Source: an uncultured Methanoregulaceae archaeon (GTDB taxonomy: Archaea; Halobacteriota; Methanomicrobia; Methanomicrobiales; Methanospirillaceae). Taken from it: a stretch of DNA of 64,000 bases. A program made the position numbers and the translations under genes. Under the pieces are notes generated by a model. The model was not told where the DNA came from and did not search any database. It saw only the letters and a program-made list of their open reading frames with translations. The DNA is taken from positions 832,001 to 896,000 of the forward strand of contig CAVTTL010000001.1 of NCBI GenBank assembly GCA_963737635.1, given 5' to 3'. Shown in pieces: positions 1-10,937 of the stretch. How positions within the stretch are numbered: position 1 is the first letter of the stretch; the number at the start of each line of letters is the position of its first letter.

Positions 1-1550
1 TCCGCTCTCGCTTGCCACCGCTTTTGCGATCAGCGTCTTCCCCGTACCCGGCGGCCCATAAAGCAGCACGCCCCGGGGCGGCTCGATCCCGAGATCGTCG
101 AACCGGTCGCGGTGGGTCAGTGGGTACTCGACAGCCTCACGGACTTCGGTCTTTGCCGCATCAAGCCCGCCGACCGCATCCCATTTCACATGCGAGACTT
201 CGAGCATCACTTCACGCATCGCGCTCGGGCCTACGTCCCTTTGGGCACTCCGGAAGTCACTCGCAAGCACCCGCAGCTTGTCAAGTGTCTCCTGGTCGAT
301 CTCCGCCTTGTCAAGATCGAGATCGGGCAGGTAGCGCCGGAGGGCCCGGATCGCTGCCTCCCGGGCAAGTGCGGCAAGGTCGGCGCCGACAAACCCATGG
401 GTCTGCTGGGCAAGGATCTCAAGGCTCACGTCCTCGGCAAGCGGCATACCACGGGTATGGATCTTTAAGATCTCGATCCGGTCGAGTTCGCTTGGGACAC
501 CAATCTCGATCTCCCGGTCGAACCGGCCGGGCAGGCGCAGGGCGGCGTCAATCGCGTCGACCCGGTTCGTGGCGCCAATCACCACGACCTGCCCACGTTC
601 CTCAAGACCATCCATCATCGTCAGGAGCTGGGCGACGACCCGGCGTTCGACCTCCCCGGTCACTTCTTCGCGCCGGGGCGCAATAGAATCCAGTTCGTCA
701 ATGAAGATGATCGAGGGGGCATTTTCCCGTGCCTCTTCGAAGACCTCACGAAGGCGCTGCTCGCTTTCGCCATAATATTTTGAGATTACTTCGGGGCCGG
801 CGATCGAAATGAAGTGCGCCCCGCTCTCGCTTGCCACCGCCTTTGCAATCAGGGTCTTACCCGTCCCCGGCGGGCCGTAGAGGAGTACTCCCTTGGGCGG
901 CTCGATCCCCAATTTCTGGAAGAGCTCCGGTGCCTAAGAGGAAGCTCGATCGTTTCGCGGAGCCGCTGGAGCTCGTCTTTTAAACCCCCAATATCCTCGT
1001 ACGAGAATCGCTTTACGCCTTCGAATCCCGCGGCTGGCTTGTCCGAGAACTCGACAGATGTATTCTTGGTGATAATCACGGCCTCTTCCGGCTCTATCTC
1101 GACCACCTTGAACGCGACGATCTGCGGCTGGATAAAGGGCATACCGAGCATAATCGGGATCGAATCGTTTTTTACTACCGGGAAATCCAGCAGGCCGTTG
1201 ATAACATGCGGATTATTCGCAATCGGAATCTTTTTTGGCAGATCCTCGGGAGGGGCAAGCACCACGCGCTTTGCCTCGATCTCTTCGGAGAGCGTCGATA
1301 CCTTCACGGTATCCCCGATACTCACACCAGCATTGAGCCGGGTAAAATTGTCGATCCGGATCTTCCTTTGGTTCCAGTCTTCGACTAGGGAACGCCACAC
1401 TTTTGCCACGGTTCGGCGCTTCCCCTCGATTACCACGAGATCCCCTGGTGAAATTTTCAGAAGGAGCATGGTTTCAGGGTCGAGTCTTGCTTTTCCCCCG
1501 CCCTGGTCACCGGGATATGCAGAGTCGACCTTTAGTTGCACTTCAGGCAT
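1..1550 (-). CDS. cdc48: CDC48/VCP family AAA+ ATPase (3' part runs off the window; apparent 1-nt frameshift near 919)
   Basis: N-domain [24 protein letters not shown]. After the shift the frame reads [26 protein letters not shown]...[12 protein letters not shown]...[12 protein letters not shown], with a second Walker [14 protein letters not shown] near position 40-70. Confidence 0.93.
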
Positions 1551-1592
1551 TACCTTAAAGGTCATATACGCAGGGATTTATAGGTACTGTAA

Positions 1593-2814
1593 ATGCGAAT
1601 CCTCATTTTTGACCCGTTTCACGGCGCAGCAGGGGACATGATCACCGCTGCCCTGATCGCCTGTGGAGCGGACCGGGAGCGGGTCGTTGCCGCAATGCGA
1701 ACCGTAGTTACCGATCCAACGGTAGAGATTGTCAATCGGGCCGGGATCCGGGCAGTCAGGGTGCATACCCACGCCACACCGGAACACAGGACACTTGCTG
1801 AAGTTGGAAAAAAACTGGATGCTGTGGCTACTCTGGTGCCCGAAAACGTCCTTGCCATGGCACGTCGCGTATTTTTGCGGCTCAACACTGCGGAAGAGAG
1901 CGTCCACGGGGAACATGTTCACTTCCACGAAGTGGGCGCCGACGACGCTATTGCGGATATTATCGGAGCATGCACCGCACTCTCATCGCTTGAAGTGGAC
2001 GGGGTTGCCGTGCTGCCGGTTGCACTGGGATCCGGTATGGCTACTGGATCGCATGGTCGTTTCCCAGTCCCGGCTCCAGCAACAGTCGCAATCCTTGCTG
2101 GATCCGGCCTTACTGCCATTCCCGGAGGAGACGACGGCGAACTCTGTACGCCCACCGGCGCTGCTCTGCTCGCCGAGTTTGTAGCTACAATGCCCGGCTC
2201 TCCTTGAAACTTACAAGATACTCGCGACTGGTTATGGTGCCGGGAGCAGGGACCCGAAGCATATTCCAAACGTACTGCGGGCAATGTTGGTAGAGACAAC
2301 CTGTGACCCTGCCGCAATGTCGCAGGACACCGTTGATATTCTCGAGACAAATGTCGATGATGTGAGCGGGGAAGTGATCGGGATGGCACTTGTACGGTTT
2401 ATGGCTGCCGGGGCCAGGGACGCAAGCGCAACACCGATCCTGATGAAAAAAGGTAGGCCGGGATATTTGGTTACCGTTATAGCACCGCCGGCATCAGCGG
2501 CCGTCCTTGCCCGGCTCATGGCACGTGAACTGGGAACGCTTGGCGTCCGGTGCATCCCTTCTGTCCACCGGTTTACCGCGGAGAGATCGATCGCCGATGT
2601 CGATGTGGTCATTGCCGGGCATAATAAACGTTTACCGGTGAAATGCGGGTGGATGGACGGGAATATCTACACATGCAAGGCGGAATTCGATGCCGCATGG
2701 CACGTCGCGGAGGAACTGGATGTACCAGTCCGCGATGTGCTTCATGCTGCACAAGTTGCCGCAGAGAGGCAGGCCGGCAAACACAATCGCCGGGAAGATC
2801 CGGGTGACCGATGA
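1593..2814 (+). CDS. larC: Nickel pincer cofactor biosynthesis protein LarC (split by apparent frameshift near 2193)
   Basis: FDPFHGAAGDM, HGEHVHFHEVGADDAIAD and ELCTPTGAA in frame 1; GYGAGSRD, LETNVDDVSGE and MKKGRPG in frame 2. Confidence 0.88.
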
Positions 2815-3488
2815 ATACCTCAAGGCGCAGCAGCGGGAACGCGGCTCTGGACCGGCTACTTGGCGGAGGGCTCGAACTGCGGACTATTACCCAGATTTAT
2901 GGGGGGCCGGCGAGCGGTAAGAGCACACTGAGTATGGTCGCCGCTGTCTCCTGCCTGCGATCCGGGGGTTCGGTTATTTTCATCGATTCTGAGGGGTTCT
3001 CTAGTGAGCGGTTCCAGCAGATCGCAGGCAGTGATACTGAGGCAACAGCGGACAGGCTCTTCCTCTTCGAACCCATAGACTTCGAACAGCAGGGTGCTAT
3101 GATTGCAGAAGCGGACAAGATACTCCGGCAACACAAGCCCGGCCTCGTCGTACTTGACTCAGCAACCGCACTCTACCGGACTGATCTCGAGAAGGGCAGG
3201 GACGCCATGCAGATGCTCACCCGGCAGATGCTCCAGCTGCTGGGGTACGCAAAAAGGTACGAACCGGCAGTCCTCATCACCAATCAGGTCTACATGGACA
3301 CTACAAGAAATGTATTTGTGGGTCTAGGGGGAACGCCGCTGGAACATATATCAAAAGTTATTATCCGTCTGGACCGGCTCGATGCGCTCGGGTGGCGGCG
3401 CGCAACTCTTGTCAAGCACCGGTCGCGGGCTGAGGGCGCGTCGTTCGATTTCGAGATAATACAGGAAGGGACCAGGGCACGGGAATAA
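2811..3488 (+). CDS. radB: DNA repair and recombination protein RadB
   Basis: LDRLLGGG, Walker A GGPASGKS, VVLDSATALY, LITNQV and the C-terminal KHR motif; 225 aa. Confidence 0.92.
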   Translation: MNTSRRSSGNAALDRLLGGGLELRTITQIYGGPASGKSTLSMVAAVSCLRSGGSVIFIDSEGFSSERFQQIAGSDTEATADRLFLFEPIDFEQQGAMIAEADKILRQHKPGLVVLDSATALYRTDLEKGRDAMQMLTRQMLQLLGYAKRYEPAVLITNQVYMDTTRNVFVGLGGTPLEHISKVIIRLDRLDALGWRRATLVKHRSRAEGASFDFEIIQEGTRARE

Positions 3489-3576
3489 ACCGTCCCTTTG
3501 AACGCCCCTTATGATATTTATAAAAGACCGAAACTGCTGAATTTTTAATATATTCAATACAGATTTTATTTCGTTA

Positions 3577-5271
3577 ATGGTGCTGAGACAACAGACCGCC
3601 GAAAAGATTAAGGGGATTCTCAAAAAGAACCCCCAGGGCCTGAGTATCACCGAAATTGTCCGGGAAATCCGTATAAACAGGAACACCGCCGGAAGACTCC
3701 TGGAAAAACTCCTTGTTTCCGGACAGGTGGAGATGCGCCATTTCGGCATGGCGAAGATCTATGCGCTCGCCAACCGCGTGCCCGTTTCTGCAGTTCTCTC
3801 TATCTCCTCAGAACACATCTTGCAACTTGACAGCAGTACCAGGATCGTTTTTATCAACGACGCATTTGCCCGCTTCCTCGCCACCCAAGCCAACGACCTT
3901 GTAGGGAAAAATATCGAATACTCGCCACTGGTAACGGCATTTGACGATCTTTTCACTGCATTTTTAACCCGGGTAAGAGCGGGATTGGACGGTACCGAGT
4001 GGCAGGGCGAGCTTGGCCCGGCTAAAGGAGGGATCATCTTCTCCTGCCGGATTGCCCCGACAGCACTTGATCACGGACAAAAAGGCGTGTCCATTATTCT
4101 TGACGATATTACCAGCAAGAAGAGGGCTGAAGAGCTTCTGCGTGAGAGTGAAGAACGGTACCGCATGCTCGCCGAGATTTCCAGCGATCTAATCTATCTG
4201 ATCGGGCACGACGACCGGGTCGAGTATGTCAACGGCTATGCCGCTGAGTTTCTCGGGAAAACTCCCTCAGAGGTAATAGGGAAAGTCCGGTCATCTTTGT
4301 TCCCTCCGGAAACGGCACGGCATCAGGAGAGGATGCTACAGAATGTTTTTGCCACCGGCAATTCCGCACACAGCGAAGGGCCATTGTCGGTAAGAGGAGA
4401 GACACGGTGGTTCGATCACATGCTCGTACCGCTGAAGAGCCCCGACGGATCAGTGCGGGCAGTTCTTGGTATTTCCCGCGACATTACTGAGCGGAAACGG
4501 TCAGAAGAAACATTAAGAAGCAGTGAAGAGCGATATCGGCGGCTGTTGCAACGTTCGTTCGACGCGATCGTGATCCACAAAAATGGTGTTATTTCCCTTG
4601 CAAACCGGGTTGCTGCCGGTCTCATGGGGGCACCGTCACCTGCAGACTTTGTTGGGAAAAATATTTTCGACTTCGTCCATCCGGATTATCACGGTATGGT
4701 CCGGGAACGAATGGCAGCTTTAACCTGCGCTGACGAACTGACTGCGGTCGATGTGGCCGAAGAAAAATTCCTGAGAACAGATGGTACGGTGATCGATGTA
4801 GAGGTCGTCGCCACGAGTTTCATCGATAACGGCGAGCCAGCAGTTCAGGTCGTATTCCGTGATATCACCCGGCGCAGGGAATTGCTGGAAAAACTGCGGC
4901 ATTCGGAAGAGAAATACCGGACTCTGGTCGAACACAGCCAAAACGGAGTATTCATTATCCAGGGCCGGCTGATCAGGTATGTCAACTCGGCATTTGCCCG
5001 GATCTTGGGAGGGGTACCGGCTGATTTTGTCATGCATGATTTTTCAGAATTTATCGCGCCGGAAAACCGGGATTTCGTGCTCGAACGGGGCCGTCGCCGT
5101 CAACAAGGCCATCACGTGCCGGAAAATTATGAGTGCAATCTGTTAAAACGCGACGGCGTCACCCAAGTTTCGGTCTCTCTTGATGCCGGGCTTATCTCAT
5201 ATGAAGGAAAACCGGCGAGCATGGGGACCGTACGAGACATCACCGTACGCAAACACACTGAAATGAGCTGA
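3577..5271 (+). CDS. Winged-HTH plus multi-PAS sensor protein (no kinase domain)
   Basis: N-terminal GLSITEIVREIRINRNTAGRLLEKL HTH, then four PAS/PAC units ending in DIT motifs with ESEERYR/SSEERYR/HSEEKYR linkers. Confidence 0.85.
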   Translation: MVLRQQTAEKIKGILKKNPQGLSITEIVREIRINRNTAGRLLEKLLVSGQVEMRHFGMAKIYALANRVPVSAVLSISSEHILQLDSSTRIVFINDAFARFLATQANDLVGKNIEYSPLVTAFDDLFTAFLTRVRAGLDGTEWQGELGPAKGGIIFSCRIAPTALDHGQKGVSIILDDITSKKRAEELLRESEERYRMLAEISSDLIYLIGHDDRVEYVNGYAAEFLGKTPSEVIGKVRSSLFPPETARHQERMLQNVFATGNSAHSEGPLSVRGETRWFDHMLVPLKSPDGSVRAVLGISRDITERKRSEETLRSSEERYRRLLQRSFDAIVIHKNGVISLANRVAAGLMGAPSPADFVGKNIFDFVHPDYHGMVRERMAALTCADELTAVDVAEEKFLRTDGTVIDVEVVATSFIDNGEPAVQVVFRDITRRRELLEKLRHSEEKYRTLVEHSQNGVFIIQGRLIRYVNSAFARILGGVPADFVMHDFSEFIAPENRDFVLERGRRRQQGHHVPENYECNLLKRDGVTQVSVSLDAGLISYEGKPASMGTVRDITVRKHTEMS

Positions 5272-5340
5272 GTGCCATTTGGTCACTTTCACCCCCTGCC
5301 TGCCGCTTCTTTATAAGAAAGTCATGCCAGACAGGAGTGC

Positions 5341-6426
5341 ATGGCCGGGTGCACCGGGAAATTAGGAAAGCTGACCTCCGGCAGTCAATACGATGTCTGT
5401 ATGCCGGGAGAGTGTATGCAGATGCTCACCTCGGGTGCCTGCATTACATACAACCAGAATGCCGGAGGATGCAACCGGATGCTCAAGGCGCTCCTCCATG
5501 GAAGCTGCTCGTTCGATTGCGCATACTGTCCGATCCGGCTCGATCGATCGCACCTCGCATTCGCTCCCCGCGAGCTGGCAGAGATGTTCCTTGACCTGTA
5601 CCACAAAAACCTCGCCGGAGGTCTTTTTCTCACATCCGGTATTCCGTACGACGTCGACGAGGTAATGGGAGAACTCGTCGAGACAGCCCGGATCCTCCGG
5701 GAGAAGGGATACGGCGGGTACCTGCACCTGAAGATCCTGCCTGGAGCACGAAGGGATGATATATGCGAGGCCGCACGTCTTGCAGACCGGATCAGCCTTA
5801 ACATTGAGACGACAAGCGACAGCCGGCTCCGTGCCCTTTCCGGGATCAAGGAGTATGCTGGTGATATCGTAAAGCGGCTCAACTGGATTGCCGAAGCAGC
5901 GCCCGGGAGGCATACCACGCAGCTCATAATCGGCGCGGCAGGAGAGACGGACAGGGAGATTTTAGAGTGTATTACGTCGCTGTACGAGCGGGTGCACCCC
6001 TCGCGGATCTATTATTCGGCCTTCAGAGCGCTGCCGAAAACCCGGCTGGCCCTGCAAAAAAACACACCTGCCTGGCGTTCACGACGCTGGTATCAAATGG
6101 ATTATTTGATCCGGGAGTACGGGTACGCCAAGAGTGAACTGCTTTCCCTGCTGGAGGAGAATGGAGCGCTCACGAACGACGACCCCAAATCGCTTCTTGC
6201 CCAAGGTAGGGAGCCGGTCGATCCCAATTCCGCATCGTTTTGCGATCTTATCCACATTCCCGGCATCGGAACCGAGACAGTACACGCGATTATCCGGGCC
6301 CGCGAACAACGGGCCATTCGTACGCCGCGGGATCTTGGTGTTCCGGGGGCGCGCTTGAAATGTGCGCTGCCCTACCTTGCATTTTCCGGCGCAGCCCGTC
6401 AGGCCACTCTTGAAAGATTCTGGTAA
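5341..6426 (+). CDS. Radical SAM protein with C-terminal helix-hairpin-helix (putative DNA modification/repair family)
   Basis: CSFDCAYC, GLFLTSG, GYLHLKILPG, LYQ/WYQ-type MDYLIREYG and the HhH motif IPGIGTE. Confidence 0.82.
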   Translation: MAGCTGKLGKLTSGSQYDVCMPGECMQMLTSGACITYNQNAGGCNRMLKALLHGSCSFDCAYCPIRLDRSHLAFAPRELAEMFLDLYHKNLAGGLFLTSGIPYDVDEVMGELVETARILREKGYGGYLHLKILPGARRDDICEAARLADRISLNIETTSDSRLRALSGIKEYAGDIVKRLNWIAEAAPGRHTTQLIIGAAGETDREILECITSLYERVHPSRIYYSAFRALPKTRLALQKNTPAWRSRRWYQMDYLIREYGYAKSELLSLLEENGALTNDDPKSLLAQGREPVDPNSASFCDLIHIPGIGTETVHAIIRAREQRAIRTPRDLGVPGARLKCALPYLAFSGAARQATLERFW

Positions 6427-6435
6427 AAGAAGATT

Positions 6436-7253
6436 TCAGTAGTTGATTAGACCAGCGTAAACCGTGACTGCAGGGCCTTCCATCTTCACGCCATCCGAGA
6501 AATGGATGGTGAGCGGGCCGCCTTTGGTCTCGACATAGATTGCATCCCCCATATACCCAAGCCGCCGTATAACTGCTGCAGCCGCTGTTGCCCCGGTCCC
6601 GCAGGAGAGAGTCTCTTCTTCAACGCCGCGCTCGAACGTGCGTATCCTGAGAGAATCATCTCCGGTCTTTTCTACAAAGTTTACATTGGCCCCCTCAGGA
6701 AACGACGCATGACGCCGGATTGGTGGGGCAACCGCAGCAATGTCTATGCTATCGACCGCGTCGACAAGGACAACGGCATGGGGAACACCGGTATTTGCAG
6801 CATAGACATCAAATTCCCCAATGCGCTCGTAATATTCGCCGTTCCCGGGAGATGGGATATCCCTGCGGTCGAATTTCGGCGTAGGCATGCTTATGATTGC
6901 GGTAAATTCCTCTTCTATGAACCTGGCCGTGACTCCCAGCAACCCCACCGATGTCTCGACGGTAAAAGCTTCCCCACGTACCCGGCATCGAGCGCGTACT
7001 TCGCCAGACACCGTATACCGTTTCCGCACATCTCGGCCTCGCTCTCATCAGGCTGAAAGATTCGCATCCTGATATCGCAGGTTGCGGACTTTGAAAGGTA
7101 GAGGATCCCGTCCGCTCCTATCCCGAATCTCCGGTCGCAGTAAAGTGCAGCGAATTGTGCCTTCATGTCATCAGGAATGACTGTTTTTTCATATTCATCA
7201 ATAAGGACAAAGTCGTTGCCGTTTCCATGTAATTTGGTAAAAGGTATTTCCAT
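6436..7253 (-). CDS. dapF: Diaminopimelate epimerase (apparent frameshift near 6972)
   Basis: FTKLHGNGNDF, EAEMCGNGIRC, NTGVPH, ANVNF and RTFERGVEEETLSCGTG. Confidence 0.93.
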
Positions 7254-7353
7254 CTTGTTGCTCCTGACAGCTGACGCATCCCACGAGTACGGAGTGCAAC
7301 GCGCCCCTGATTACTGGTTGATTATTCATAAGGCTTTTTCTTCAATAAACACG

Positions 7354-8364
7354 TTACCCTGCTGTACCGGGAGCGAAGAGATTTCTCGGATTCACTCTCC
7401 GTTGAGTCTCTACCGGTCCGAACGCTAGATGAAATTCGTCGAGTCCCCACCCGAGATAGTCCCGGATAATGACATAGGCCATCTGAGGAGGGATAGCACC
7501 TTTTTCTGTGACAATGAGGTCGATATATTCAGCTGGAGTGACGTCAAAAGCCGGGTTCCTGATGGTAACATTGGGAAGGGTCCGGGCGATCTCATCAGAG
7601 AGAACCTCACACCCGGCCCGTTCTTCGATTCTGATGAATTCCCCAAGGATCGTGCGGGGCGCAAACTTGTAGGTTTCGGCTGCGACCATCATGTTTACCC
7701 GTGCTTCGCGGGCCGAGTGCGCGACCTGCGCCGTCCCGATCTTGTTGACTACCGCACCGTTCACGGTCACTGCATCAGCGCCGACAATCACGAGATCCAC
7801 ATCGTGGATAAACGATCTGACCGCAGAGTCTACGATAAAATTTGTTTTTATGCCAGCATCGTTTAATGTCCGGATCGTAATGAGCCCTTGGTTTCTGGGC
7901 CGCACTTCAGTCGCGAAGACTTCGATCTCCTTTCCCTGCTTATGAGCCTCGATGATACACCCAAGCGCAACCTCAGAGTTGCAATGGGTGAGGATAGTAT
8001 CACCATCTCGGATGTGGCTTGCACCGAACTGAGCGATCTGCTCCACCGCATGCTGCGATGACCTGATGAATTCATCGGCTCTCCTGACAACACCCGCCTG
8101 TGCCTCTTGCGCGGTCTTAGCGCGGTCGATGTCGGCCATAACGATATGGACAGCATTTGGCAGGGAGACGGCGGTCGGGCGGGTGGCAAGGAGCAGGGCG
8201 GCCGCACGCTCCATTTCCCGCTTGAACGCATGAAGTGCTGAAACCCGCACGCCAACCGCATGATCCCGGAGGGCTTGGGCAACCGCCCGTGCAATCCTTC
8301 CGGCTCCCCTGATTTCCATGCTCTTTATCTTGTCTGCAGTTTCAGGTACGATCATCAGCATCAT
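7354..8364 (-). CDS. Ribose-1,5-bisphosphate isomerase (eIF2B-like family)
   Basis: MEIRGAGRIA, TRPTAVSL, ILTHCNS, TEVRPRNQG, VVNKIGT and NPAFDVTP; start assigned to the Met cluster at 8355-8364. Confidence 0.88.
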   Translation of the reverse strand: MMLMIVPETADKIKSMEIRGAGRIARAVAQALRDHAVGVRVSALHAFKREMERAAALLLATRPTAVSLPNAVHIVMADIDRAKTAQEAQAGVVRRADEFIRSSQHAVEQIAQFGASHIRDGDTILTHCNSEVALGCIIEAHKQGKEIEVFATEVRPRNQGLITIRTLNDAGIKTNFIVDSAVRSFIHDVDLVIVGADAVTVNGAVVNKIGTAQVAHSAREARVNMMVAAETYKFAPRTILGEFIRIEERAGCEVLSDEIARTLPNVTIRNPAFDVTPAEYIDLIVTEKGAIPPQMAYVIIRDYLGWGLDEFHLAFGPVETQRRVNPRNLFAPGTAG

Positions 8365-8414
8365 TGTTTCAATAGAGAGGGAACCTACATAGAGTTTATT
8401 ACCGGGGTGAGATA

Positions 8415-9245
8415 TTGACAGTGGCCGTGGTTTTTGACAGTGCCGGGACACTCCTGAACACCTACCGGGTTGCAAAAGATATCAAGCAGCAGGTACTGCT
8501 TCCCGGGATCGAGACTACTACTCTTACCTTCGCGTCATCGGAACGCGTCTTGATCGTTCTTCCGGTCCATTCCAAACATATCATCGCAGCACTACCGGAT
8601 ATGCTACTCTCCAGCTACCTTTCAGAAAACCACGTAAGCTTTGGCATCAGCTGTACCCGGAAGATAACAACTGCCGAAGAGATCGGCGATATCCTCTATG
8701 CCGACATCCGGGCACGTGTCGGCGACCTCCAGGAATGTATCCGTGATGTCTGGGGGATCTGCAGGTGCGAAAGCATGCTTACACTCAACAGTGGGGCGAT
8801 CCTCAACATGGCAAGCAGGTCTATAGAATTTACAATAACGGCGGGGGGCTGGCCGTTCGAAGGAGCAAAAGAGACAATCACCGCCTTGCACCGGATGGGT
8901 GTTCCTACATTTATCGCATCCGGTGACCGCTCGACAAAACTTGAAATTATGGCTGATCACCTCGGTATTCCCCGCGACAGGGTTTACGGAGTGGCGACAC
9001 CATCAATTAAAGCGCAGATCATTTCAGATCTCAAAAAAGAGTACGACTACGTTGTTATGGTCGGCGATGGGATAAACGATCTGAGTGCGTTTATAAAAGC
9101 TGACGTTGCCATTCTCACGGTACAACAGGCAGGTAACCGTCCTGATAAACTTTTCAATGCGGCGGATCATGTCATCAGTCATGTAAAGGATGTACTACCG
9201 ATCGTTGAAGTGCTGCTTTCTCAACCTATAACTTCCCGATCGTGA
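8415..9245 (+). CDS. HAD-family hydrolase (soluble P-type ATPase-like)
   Basis: FDSAGT motif I, IASGD and MVGDGINDLSA. Confidence 0.8.
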   Translation: MTVAVVFDSAGTLLNTYRVAKDIKQQVLLPGIETTTLTFASSERVLIVLPVHSKHIIAALPDMLLSSYLSENHVSFGISCTRKITTAEEIGDILYADIRARVGDLQECIRDVWGICRCESMLTLNSGAILNMASRSIEFTITAGGWPFEGAKETITALHRMGVPTFIASGDRSTKLEIMADHLGIPRDRVYGVATPSIKAQIISDLKKEYDYVVMVGDGINDLSAFIKADVAILTVQQAGNRPDKLFNAADHVISHVKDVLPIVEVLLSQPITSRS

Positions 9246-9307
9246 CCGCCGCGGACAGCATATAAAAGGTAATATGGCACCTTTATCACATTAGGTACAA
9301 GGGAATT

Positions 9308-10928
9308 ATGAAGGCTCCACTGATCACGGTCGACAACATTTGTATGGATTTTGATGGCACACATGCCCTCAGAAATATTTCATTTGAGATCGCTGAAGGG
9401 GAGATTCTGGGGATCATTGGCAGAAGCGGTGCCGGCAAGACTGTGCTGATGCACCTTATGCGAGGGGTAGAACAGCCACCTACAAGTGGCAAGGTCATCT
9501 ACCATGTTTCAGCCTGTCCCTCCTGCGATTACATCGATGTTTCCAGCTCTGCCGGAAAGTCCTGCCCGCACTGTGGCGGGACTCTCGCAGCACTCGATGT
9601 GGATCTCTGGAATGAGACCAACGATATGTTAAAACGACGGGTCATGCGTCGCACCGCCATTATGTTCCAGCGGACCTTCGCTCTTTATGGCGACGACCGT
9701 GTAATCGAGAACGTCCTTCACGCTCTCGATGATATCAATTATCCACAGGAGAAAGCCATCAACCGTGCAGCCGACCTTATCGACCAGGTCCGGCTCTCTC
9801 ACCGGATGATGCATATCGCCCGTGATCTCTCGGGAGGGGAAAAACAGCGGGTGGTGCTTGCCCGGCAGCTGGCAAAAGAGCCATTTTTACTCTTCGCCGA
9901 TGAACCGACAGGGACTCTGGATCCCGGGACCGCAAAGATCGTCCATTCGATGCTCATCGAAGCTGCAAAGACTAATAATATGGGCATGGTAGTGACGTCC
10001 CACTTCTCGCAGGTAATTGAGGATGTGGCGAGTCGTGCCATACTGCTTGTCGATGGTGCCATCGCAAAGATCGGATCCCCAAAGGAAGTGATCGGCGAGT
10101 TCATGGCCGGCTGTGATGATACGGAGGTCTTTGAACACACGGAAGCAGGTGAAAAGATCGTCGGGGCCCGGGATCTTGTCAAGCGCTATATCTCGGTCGA
10201 CCGGGGTGTCGTCAAAGCAGTAAACGGTGTCAGTTTCGATGTGTACACAAAGGAGATTTTCGGCATCATCGGAAAGAGCGGGGCAGGAAAAACAACGCTC
10301 TCGCGGATTATCGCCGGCCTTATTGAACCGACAAGCGGGGAGATCAACGTTAAGATTGGCGATGAATGGGTGGATATGACTAAGCCTGGTGTTGACCAGC
10401 GGGGCAGAGCTAAGGAGTATATCGGCCTGCTGCATCAGGAATACGACCTCTACCCCCACCGCACTGTACTCGATAACCTCACTGATGCCATCGGTCTTGA
10501 ATTCCCCAAGGAGCTGGCCATGAGGAAGGCTGTTATCACCCTTAAAATGGCCGGGTTTTCTGATGAGAAAAGTAAAGAGATTCTCGAACGGATGCCAGGG
10601 CAACTCTCTGAGGGCGAGCGCCACCGTGTCGCACTCGCGCAGGTATTAATCCGGGAGCCCAAGATAGTAATCCTTGACGAGCCGACTGGCACAATGGACC
10701 CTATTACCAAGATCGATGTCAAACATTCCATTATGCATTCCCGGGATGATATCGATGAAACATTCATCGTAGTTTCACATGATATGGAGTTCGTGCGTGA
10801 TATCTGCGACCGGCTTGCCCTTATGCGTGGCGGAAAAATTGTAGAGATAGGAAAGACGGTCTGAAGTACTCGCACACTTGACCGAAGATGAACGTAAGAT
10901 CATGAGCCAGGTTCAGCCTCACGCCTGA
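9308..10928 (+). CDS. atwA: Methyl-coenzyme M reductase system component A2 (ABC-type ATPase); apparent frameshift near 10858 in the last about 22 codons
   Basis: Two ABC cassettes (GRSGAGKT/LSGGEKQ and GKSGAGKT/LSEGERH) with a CPSC..CPHC zinc insertion; heads the marker-protein cluster. Confidence 0.92.
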
Positions 10929-10937
10929 GAGGCTCAT

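Noticed and set aside
1-910. Near-identical segments at about 1-90 and 820-910
   Set aside because: These are the two AAA Walker A regions of CDC48, not a mobile repeat.
2185-2210. Programmed ribosomal frameshift in larC, as in Lactobacillus larC1/larC2
   Set aside because: There is no slippery run, the break falls before the GYGAG motif, and it sits in a CCGG like most other breaks in the window.
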